This document shows, in pieces, positions 11,601 to 19,925 of a stretch of DNA of 20,000 nucleotides (position 1 is its first letter; each line of letters opens with the position of its first letter). The notes beneath the pieces were generated by a model. That model did no database searches, was not told the DNA's origin, and saw only the letters and a program-made list of their open reading frames with translations. A program made the translations under genes and the position numbers. The DNA comes from Seison nebaliae (taxonomy: Eukaryota), in the NCBI GenBank assembly GCA_023231475.1, contig JALJEE010001852.1:54153-74152 (forward strand), read 5' to 3'.

Positions 11601-13236
11601 ATAACTGATTATTATTGGGAGAATAATGACCACCAATTGGAGGTTGTTCACTCGAATAATTTCCGATAAGATCATTTGCCTGTCGAATTAATCGTTTGAT
11701 ATCACCGTCTAATGTCGCTAATTCGTGTTGACTATGATAATGTAATTCATCGAATAATTGAGAAGTTTGTTGAATGTTCGTTCCCACTACATCGAAATTG
11801 GCGGAGAGTTGTTGGAAATATCGGCGAAAACGGAATTGCACTGAATGTAATTGTCGTTCTAATCGTCTTAGACAAACAAAATCGGCCAATAAACGTCGTC
11901 CATCTTTCCAGACACTTTGAATTTCTGCGTGTGCTCGTCTCAATTGTTCGATTAATCTCGTCACTTTAGAAAGATGGAGAAGTGGATCATATAATTCGGT
12001 GGTAGCGAGTATTTGATTTTGATGATGTTTCTCTTCCTCCAACTTCCTCCCTTCATTTGTGGTCTGATTCGGACATATATGTCCATTAATATTCGACGAC
12101 TGTTTAATTTGATTCACTTGCAAATTCAAACAACTCACACTATCCATATTAAATTCTTCAATTATCTGATGATGATGATGATGTTGTTGTTGTTGTTGTT
12201 GTTGTTGGGAAGATTTGCGATGTGATTGTAAAATCTTCTCATCATTCACATCGTTATTTCCATTCGATTGTTTCCCATTATTTTCATTATCATTCATTGA
12301 TTCATGTTGTTGTTGTTGTTGTTTATTGTTATTAATCAAATGAGATATTGGTGAATATAATTGACGATAATAATTAGAAAGAGAATAATGAATATAAATT
12401 CCTGATTGAATCAATTGATCGATGAGAGGGAAGATATGTTGGAGACATGTCACTTCATGAATCTTATCATGAATTTCTAACGATCTCAATGCGATATCGA
12501 TATCGGATGGTATAGAATTCACATTCATTTGACTGTCAATAAACGTTCGTGACGAATTCGTTTCTCCATTCTCGTTATTAATGGAAGGTGAATGAAGACA
12601 TTTCGTGGTTGATGATGAATGAATATCAGGAAGTAATGGTAATTGTTGTACATCAACGTTAATATAATCATGAATATTGATTGTGGAATGACTGGAATAA
12701 ATTTCTTTTTGAAGATCGGCGCAATCCTTCAACAAATTTTTCGATTGTTGTTTCCACTGGAAGATGCGACGCTCTTCATTCATCCACTTTCCATAATTGA
12801 AGATTTTACACTCACCCCCAACAACCTCCGGCAACTGAGACAAATGTACAAATCGATTCAATTGTGACACTGTAATTGATTGTACATCAAATCGATACTT
12901 TCCGATAGAAAGTGCTGCTCGTTGTTTCTGCCAGAAAGTTTCCGGTCGAAGTAGTAGAACTCGATGAATTCGTTTCAAATATTTCGTCTCAAACAATTCT
13001 AATAAATGTTTCGCTTCTTCCCATCTCCCATTCCTCACATCGATTATTCCACTAATTTTCTGCGAACGGATGTGGAATGCATCATCCGTCCTCGATATCG
13101 TTGCTCTGACACATTCGTCTAATTCGATTCTCTCCAATTGCAATCCCGAAGCTTGACACAATAAAATGATATTTTCGTCATTATCGATCCCGCCGAAAAT
13201 GACGAGGGATTCATTCAAATAAAAATTCTGATTCAT
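4090..13236 (-). CDS. TRIO: Trio/Kalirin (UNC-73)-family Rho guanine nucleotide exchange factor, single exon, about 3048 aa: Sec14/CRAL-TRIO, spectrin repeats, DH1-PH1
   Basis: First in-frame ATG is at 13236 (the ORF track start at 13251 is TTG; upstream in-frame TAA at 13306-13308). Sec14: RPETFWQKQR..KYRFD..SQL. Spectrin: DVEQILEWLTKHGEGFL. DH: RRREMIFKELLTTEEIYVKDL, PEDVGHCFVTW, LIKPVQRITKYQLLLRELL, VPRKANDAIH. PH: ILQEAFVIW, ERRLFLFD, LGITEHIEGGDKCKFAIW, IKASTIDIKFQWIRALR. These closely match the Trio/Kalirin N-terminal GEF1 as recalled. Confidence 0.93.
4555..5290 (-). other. PH domain following DH1, with two low-complexity loop insertions
   Basis: Strands VILQEAFVIWE, KERRLFLFDSCLIIAKE and YVYKYHL..LGITEH..KFAIW, and C-terminal helix KFQWIRALRNII. 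Confidence 0.85.
5340..6300 (-). other. DH (RhoGEF) domain, GEF1 (Rac1/RhoG) type, interrupted by a low-complexity insertion at 5401-5781
   Basis: Conserved regions CR1 (ELLTTEEIYVKDL) and CR3 (LIKPVQRITKYQLLL), plus PEDVGHCFVTW, which is characteristic of Trio GEF1. Confidence 0.9.
12785..13236 (-). other. Sec14/CRAL-TRIO lipid-binding domain of the Trio-like protein
   Basis: GGID..., IIDVRNGRW, IHRVLLLRPETFWQKQR and VHLSQLPEVVGG align with the Trio N-terminal Sec14 domain. Boundaries approximate. Confidence 0.85.
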
Positions 13237-14075
13237 TCTTCTCCATTCCAATGCACAACTTCTTCGTATTCCATCAGTTGCATTTGGTTTGGGAGAATGG
13301 CAAATTTAAATAATGATCTTTCCACAACAGTCCAACGATCTTTTCATTCCTTCAATTTCAATTCGTCTTCTACAACTTTCTTCTCAAATACACGAAACTT
13401 ATTCGAAAATAAAAGAAAGAGAATTAGAAAGAAATCTTCTTCTTCTTCATCGTCGTCGTCGTTCGGATATTTCCCTTCGTATTTCCGATCTTTCTCACTC
13501 TCTCCCTCTCTCTCTCTCTTTCTCTTTCCTAGTTAGTAGGGCGGCAATCACATAACACAACAACAATTACAATTAACAAATAAACGGAATAGACACTCCG
13601 CTAAGTAAATCGCACAGAAAGTGAAATGATTCTTCTTTCTATCATCGTCTCACTCACATCCCAATAACAATGAACGATTTCATATCAATCGATTTCCTTC
13701 TTCTTCTTCTTAATTGGTAAAGTAATGAAGGGAAGGAAAAGACAATTCAACTTCCAAATTCATCGTAATTTCCTTTCTTTTGTTTAGATAAGCACCCGCT
13801 CATTATCCACACACACATACACACATATACACACAAAAACACATAGATGAAAACACACAAAAATATAATAGTCTCTGTGGTTAATCCATTATTATTGTTG
13901 TTGTTATTATTGTTGTTAGCGAGATTACAAGTAGTGGAAAATTCATTCAACAAAGAAATAAATTCAATTTTACAATTTTTTCCTAAATCGTTTGAGAAGG
14001 AATTATTTCGATTCATAACAATTAAATTCGAAGCTTCGAAAATTGGAAATTCTTTCAAATTCATCACGTTCCACC
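13237..14075. promoter_or_regulatory. Divergent (head-to-head) intergenic/5'UTR region shared by the Trio-like gene and TRMT112
   Basis: 839 bp between oppositely oriented start codons. Contains (CT)n near 13499-13525, CA-rich repeats near 13808-13860 and a TTA/TTG tract near 13888-13917. TSSs are not identifiable. Confidence 0.55.
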
Positions 14076-14519
14076 ATGAGACTTATCACTCACAATTTGT
14101 TAACGTCGAAAGTTATTGAGAATGTGAAGACTGGATTTCCTCTCCATCTCCAAGTCAAACAATATGAATGGCTCCAAATTAATTTCAATTTAAATTTCAT
14201 CCTGAAATTCCTTCCACGAATTAACTGGCCAGTCTTCTGTCAGGCACTCGAACAATGTGAAGGAATCGATTATATCTTCCCTTCCGAATTCGATCCACTA
14301 GAAGCATCGAAATGGGACATTTCCTTACACTCTCAAAACGAGGATGATCTCGATGACGACGATGGAAACAACAAAGATAAAATGATGATTCTAAGAAAAA
14401 TTCATCATTTCCTCTTCGAATATGAGATATTAGAAGGAATTCTCACATGTCCCGAATCCAAACGAAAGTTTCTTATACAAAACGGTATCCCCAAAATGGA
14501 TTGTCCATTACCAGAATAA
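14076..14519 (+). CDS. TRMT112: Multifunctional methyltransferase activator subunit Trm112, 147 aa, single exon
   Basis: ATG in CCACCATG context. N-terminus MRLITHNLLTS...GFPLHLQ, middle FILKFLPRINW, C-terminus LRKIHHFLFEYEILEGILTCPESKRKFLIQNGIP, all matching TRMT112. The stop TAA lies inside AATAAA (14515-14520). Confidence 0.93.
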   Translation: MRLITHNLLTSKVIENVKTGFPLHLQVKQYEWLQINFNLNFILKFLPRINWPVFCQALEQCEGIDYIFPSEFDPLEASKWDISLHSQNEDDLDDDDGNNKDKMMILRKIHHFLFEYEILEGILTCPESKRKFLIQNGIPKMDCPLPE

Positions 14520-15375
14520 AATCCATCAACTACTTTACAACTTTATTTCTCTCCAAAATAATTTGTTACAGAATTCTTTCAAATTTTTCATTTGTTATTT
14601 ATTCTCATAAAATTTTCCCAGTTTCATCTCATATTTATTTCTGATAATATTCATTCAATCATTGGCGGAAATTAAGAATAAATAAGAAGAGGATTTCGTT
14701 TCTTACATCAATAAAGATGTTATTTATGAATTACGTGGTAGACCATTATTCATAGACGGTACCTGTGAACTTTTTCGCTTTATTAATTTGTTCATTAAAT
14801 CATTATTATATTTATCTTATCATAGACAAAAAAAAAGGTATCATATATTGCTCAACAAAATATTTTTAGATCTTGAACATTTTCTTTCAATTATCACCTT
14901 TTCTGAAAAAAAAAATGAGAAAAAAACCTATCCGCTATATACTTAATGTTGTTCATTTGTTTAAAAAAGTGAAAAAAAGGAGGGAAAAAAATCTTTTATT
15001 TTTTATAAAAAATGGGGATGAACTTCCTAACGTAAGACAGGGGGAAAAATACCTAGCTTCAGTTTTAGTAAATTTTATTCTAAAAAAAATAAAAATGAAC
15101 ATACGAATTAATGACACATCATGATTCATCAATTGGCGAATGAAAATTGAGGACGAACTTTTCGTTCATCGTGAGATACACGTCATCCTTTCTATGGAAA
15201 CGATTGTTGTCCAATATTCACATGACACGTCATAAGAAGATTAAAGTATTGGAATTGTCTATAAATATAGGAATGAATTGGATATAAAATTAATAAATAC
15301 AAAAAATGTTATAATTAAGTTAGAGTAAAAGAGACTCGACAATTCGAGAAACTAGTGAAGAAGTAGATCAATTGA

Positions 15376-15728
15376 ATGAGAATGATCCATTCTTTGAGGA
15401 AGGAAATATCTGGAAGAAGATATCGAAAAAGTTATTTTTCTCATTTTTTCTTTTCATTCTCATTTTCATTCTGCAGTGCCTTATGCTCAACTTGAGTTGG
15501 TGGTTGATCTCCTGTTCAACACTCATCTACAGGTTAATTTTTCCATCTCTTCTCTACCATTTAACAATCGAATACTCGAAGAGGTAGATGAGTGTTGATG
15601 AAAACGGAATAACCAACAGGCGGTTTCCTTTAAGCAATTTACTTTCCTATTTCATGTTAGAGGAGGAATGTTGGACGAATTTTATTCAACGTAGTTGTCT
15701 TCATATGCATTCTTCTCCTCAAACATAA
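15376..15728 (+). CDS. Putative small spliced protein of 83 aa; exons 15376-15430, 15477-15532, 15588-15728
   Basis: Introns 15431-15476 (46 nt, GTTATT...strong polypyrimidine tract...CTGCAG) and 15533-15587 (55 nt, GTTAAT...GTAG) join MRMIHSLRKEISGRRYRK-M-PYAQLELVVDLLFNTHLQ-MSVDENG...HSSPQT* in frame. No recognisable homology. Confidence 0.45.
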
Positions 15729-16165
15729 ATTTACATTCCGTTTCATTCCATAAATCTACTTACACATTTCTCAATCAATCTCAATCTCTATATTTCTCAT
15801 TTTCATTAACTTCATCATTTTTTCCATTCAATTAAATTGAGTTTCCAGTTTTGGTTTCAATACTACTAGGTTATTATCATTTTTTAAAAATAAAATTTCT
15901 TTAAATAAAAATAACTATGAAATACTAATGTACAATCGGACAATTAGGATAAAAAATATAGAAATCATATTATCTTAAAATATATAATCTTAAAAACTTT
16001 TAAAATATTAAAAAGATTTTTAATAGAATAGAATTTTATTCAATAACAATTAATCTGTAAATATGTGTCATATTTCTATGATAGAAATTGTTGAATTATT
16101 TCTTTCAACATAATCCCCATCATCACAACAATCATTGGACAAATCTTCAATATTGATAATCTCTT

Positions 16166-17097
16166 CTATTCTTTCTTCCAGCTCGATTTGTGGCACGTAT
16201 CGGACGAACATAGATTATCCTTCACGATCGGACCGAATAATGTGATCCATGTCTCGTAGTCATTAATATCCAAATTTTTAATCATGGCTGCCACATGAGG
16301 AAGAACGTTCTGTTAGAAATAAGAAAGATATTTAGTTTCAATTTCCAAATACTAACGTTGAGTGTTCGGGAAAGAATTCGAACTTTCTCCTTTAATTCTT
16401 CACGTCGCTCCTCCGTCATTACCTTTCCATACAAATTACAAATGATAAGAATCGATAAAAAAAATGGAACTTCTACTGGAAGAGGCGGCGGTGCCGATCG
16501 GTTTGGTAGTTGATCAGTAGGACAACAAAAGAGATCGTTCAATTTGTCAGAAATGGAATGATCAGCATTTTCTCCTAACAAAATTTTCGTAGGATCATCC
16601 GGAATTAAGTTCATCACAGGAACGGGAAGAGTTGAATGGCAGTTGTTGGAATGTGGGACGCCAATGACAAAATCATTAAGGTTCTTCGTCAAGTAAAGCT
16701 TAATATGAGGAAAAAGAAGAAAATTAAAGAGGGAAAGTTGAGAAGAAAAAGATGAACGTTCTCGGAATTAATTCCCTTCAATTTCTCACTTGACATTCGA
16801 TTACCTCTATCGCCATTAGTGAGATGTGCATACTCAAATTCTAAAACTTTCAATCTTCTTTGTGAATTCTGTTTGTGTCTAATACACTCTTTCAGAATGA
16901 ACATTCTCTCTTCAAACACTTTCTTCAACTCATCAATTTCGTGCTGTTTTCGAGGATCATTGATTCGAATTAGACCCATTTTAATAAAGAAAAACTTCAA
17001 GTTCTATCGCAGTACCTGATGTTTGTTGCTCCTTCCCCTTCTCTCCATTAAAATCTTTACTGAATGTGTCATCACCCATGTCTCCCATATGTCCCAT
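16166..17097 (-). CDS. Uncharacterised 241-aa protein with likely coiled-coil segments; 5 exons: 17097-16996, 16943-16758, 16698-16471, 16422-16357, 16309-16166
   Basis: Four phase-0 introns of 52, 59, 48 and 47 nt (GTTTTT..ACAG, GTTCAT..TAAG, GTTCCA..AAAG, GTTAGT..CTAACAG) join the ORF-track fragments into one frame: MGHMGDMG...IELE|HEIDELKK...NSEN|LYLTKN...LPVE|VMTEERREELKEKVRILSRTLN|NVLPH...WKKE*. An in-frame TGA lies 2 codons upstream of the ATG. The 48-nt intron is stop-free and in frame, so it is less certain. Confidence 0.7.
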
Positions 17098-17640
17098 TTT
17101 TCAACTGACAATATTACTTGTGAACAAGATAAAATTTTAATGATTCTAAAACTACACGCCGTTGTGATAACCGTGATTCATATTTTACCCAAAGGTTTTC
17201 GTCTAATTTTTTTCTTCTTGAAAAAGACCTCAAAATTTTAAGTTCTTTAAATTTTTGGCTTTTCATCCTAATGGTCATTCCAATCAATAAGTTTAAATGA
17301 AAAGCTTCTTTATATCAAATCTTAAATGAGACTTTTTTTTACAACTTCTTCATTTTGTCGATTTATCTCCGATGGTTTGGATGATACCTACCCTAGTCCA
17401 ACATTTAGTGATTTTTTGGTAAAATTGTTTTGAACGCCAATTTGTTTTTCGTCTGTATTCAAAATATATAGGCTTTTTAAACAATTCCGAACATGATGGT
17501 GTTCATAAATTTTGAAAATTTATTCGCAGTAAACAGATTTTTTTTCAAAACGACTAAATGAAAGAACAATTCTATATAGCCACAGTTATTAAGCCACTCT
17601 ATTAACGACGGAGATTAATTAATTATTACCAGTGTGATAA

Positions 17641-17745
17641 CCCTACTGTACAAAAAAAAAGTTTTCAACGTTGATTTGCGGGAAAAGGTTGTTATAAGCA
17701 GAAATCAACGTAATTTCAACGTTGAAAAAGGTTGTTATTATAACT
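17641..17745. repeat. Palindrome-rich repeat built from TCAACGTTGA and AAAAGGTTGTTAT motifs; possible non-autonomous DNA transposon fragment
   Basis: TCAACGTTGA at 17665-17674, perfect palindrome TTTCAACGTTGAAA at 17714-17727, AAATCAACGT at 17702-17711 (inverted copy of 17668-17677), and AAAAGGTTGTTAT at 17683 and 17726. Confidence 0.55.
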
Positions 17746-17756
17746 TTCGTTCGACA

Positions 17757-18020
17757 AAGGTAGCGAACTGTTCATTTCTGGAAAATGCAGTTATGATTTG
17801 TATATAAGGGTGGCGAAAACGCCAAAAATACATACAAATACGTATATAAGGGTGGCGAAAACGCCGAAAATATACAAGCAGGGTGGCGAACTGTCCATTT
17901 TAAGAAAATGAAGCTCAGATTTGTACAAAAGGGTGGCGAAAACACCAAAAGTACATAAGAGGGGTGGCGAACTGTTCGAATGAGAGTGGAAAAAAAAAGG
18001 TGATGAAAACACCGGGATTC
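17757..18020. repeat. Degenerate minisatellite with 7 GG(T)GGCGAA-type cores in two subtypes; probable transposon-internal repeat
   Basis: Cores near 17759, 17808, 17850, 17881, 17931, 17962 and 17999. Subtype A GCGAACTGT(T/C)C, subtype B GAAAAC(G/A)CC, in the order A-B-B-A-B-A-B. Confidence 0.8.
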
Positions 18021-18157
18021 AACTATGCTACGAAATTTTATAAAATTATCTCATATACCTGATCTGTTGGTTTCTAGAATAGATCAGGTTAGATAGTTTA
18101 ATATATGATAGTTATATACTGGGTGGGGTAGGAACCTTATTCTAACAAGGGAACCAC

Positions 18158-18720
18158 ATGTTCTTCCAATGGCCAAACAACTTGCATCGTGTAAGTAACT
18201 CCTTTTTATACAGTTATTTATCTTTTTTTTATATCATTAACCCAGCGAGAATTGGCGAGAATCCGAATTTTAATAAATTAATTGATTTCTGGATCTGCAT
18301 TAAGCACTGTAATTATTTCACCATAATTGATTCTTCGTATTTTTAATGTTTTATTTCTAATCGAAGTTCACCAAATCCTGTGGATTCTGATAAATTTCGA
18401 CTAAATTCATTGAATTTCATATAGAAATGAACATTGAACATGCCATAGAGTATGTAATTTTCTATGTCCGAGATATTCTTGGACGTACTGTATATCCATC
18501 CACATTTGGAATATTGGGTGAATAATTTATTGCCCACTCCTCTACCGTATCAACAGTCGATACATCGATTTCCTTTCTTTTCTTCGACACATCTTTCACT
18601 CTAAAATTGATTCGTCGTTGCGGAAAAGAAAAATTCGGTGACGACTACGACTACGATCAATATCACCTAATACTTCTTTCCAACAACATCATGGGTAAAA
18701 AATATTATTTTAAGATTAAT
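18158..18720 (+). pseudogene. Possible disrupted gene fragments (exon-like segments and intron-like segments that do not give one open frame)
   Basis: Intron-like 18191-18245 (GTAAGT...CCAG, 55 nt) and 18309-18366 (GTAATT...GAAG, 58 nt). Frame 1 from 18394 to about 18720 is open except for one TAA at 18523-18525. No family recognised. Confidence 0.25.
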
Positions 18721-19004
18721 TAGTTGTTTTTAATGATGAATTAAAATGATAAAGTGGAAAGATATGTGGGATATACATCGATAAACAAAAATAATATCTA
18801 ATCTAAAAATGTTACCTTGAAATAATTGGGATTATACTGGATAGGTTTTATAAATTATGTTATGAACATACTGTATTATCAAACTTGCTCTCCTAATTCT
18901 TTAGTTATCTTATTTTACATTTAATTCTTATCATCAAGAAAAACAATAATACATTTGGAAAAATTTTCATATTAACTAATCTAAAAGATTAAAGATAACT
19001 TATA

Positions 19005-19051
19005 GATTGTATGTCATGGATTGTATGTCATGGATTGTATGTCATGGATTG
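19005..19051. repeat. Perfect 14-bp tandem repeat (GATTGTATGTCATG) x3.4
   Basis: Copies at 19005, 19019 and 19033, plus a partial GATTG at 19047. Confidence 0.95.
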
Positions 19052-19364
19052 AAAATGGAAATAGAACGGTTCGTCTATAAATAGATTTCGAAAAATGGAA
19101 GAAAATCGTTATCAAACGTTCGAAAACTATTTCATTGATTTTGAAAATGTTTATCAACAACAAACCGACAATTCCAAGTGGGAAATATGATAAGAAGTTT
19201 TGAATAAAATTTCTTCCGATTCCTAACAATTTTATTGTTCATTTATGTTTTTAGAAGAAAAACAGCTTTCGCTGGTGGAATAATCTGGCGTTGCAGTAGC
19301 AGCCATAACTTCGAACAACGATTCTACACCACAAGTTGTTAATGAAACAACATCATCGCCTGTT

Positions 19365-19818
19365 ATGGAAAGTACTAGTTTCACTGAATCTTTCATTGAT
19401 TCTTCCACTGAAAAATTCAAACCGAACCGTGGAACGACTTTTAATGATGAAACAAATTCTAATAATGGAGATGATGATGAAATGAATTCTAATGATGGAG
19501 GTGACGGTAATATTATCATAATTCATCTGGACAATGAGAACTCTAACGACAATGATAATGAAATTGAAAATAAAAATATCAATTCTAACGATAATTCGAA
19601 TGTTAACCTTAATGCGAACAATAATCTTAATGAAAATATTAACAACAACAATAATAATAATATTAATCATGGGTATAATGATAATGATAATTATGGCTAT
19701 CACGATGATAATAATCATAGTTACCACGGTAATAATAACCATCATTATAACGATTTTGAGCGATCATCGAAAAATAATGTGGAAGAAACTACCGAAGAAG
19801 TCTATTGGAAACCAACAC

Positions 19819-19897
<79 letters not shown>

Positions 19898-19925
19898 TGT
19901 TGCGGATAGATCGACAAGTTATTAG
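19365..19925 (+). CDS. Asn/Asp-rich, poly-Thr (mucin-stalk-like) low-complexity protein or exon; true start and end uncertain
   Basis: 186-aa ORF, with the frame open upstream to TAA 19281-19283. Ser/Thr-rich start, N/D/Y/H-rich middle and 26 consecutive Thr. Possible donor AA|GTTATT at 19918, just before the stop. Confidence 0.5.
19821..19898 (+). repeat. (ACGACA)n hexanucleotide microsatellite, about 13 copies, encoding poly-Thr
   Basis: Perfect alternation of ACG and ACA codons, ending in ACT. Confidence 0.95.

Noticed and set aside
4001..12867. Numerous short ORFs antisense to or overlapping the Trio ORF (poly-V, poly-L, poly-D, poly-M)
   Set aside because: They are shadow frames of the triplet repeats and codon bias of the real gene, with no independent motifs.
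13237..13251. ORF-track start of Trio at 13251 (likewise TRMT112 at 14043)
   Set aside because: Both are TTG codons. Homology begins at ATG 13236 and ATG 14076.
13297..14119. Short ORFs in the divergent intergenic region
   Set aside because: They consist of microsatellite translations (SL, CV, poly-N, poly-L) with no homology signal.
17757..18020. CRISPR array
   Set aside because: The context is eukaryotic, the cores are short and degenerate, the spacers are homologous to each other and variable in length, and there are no cas genes.
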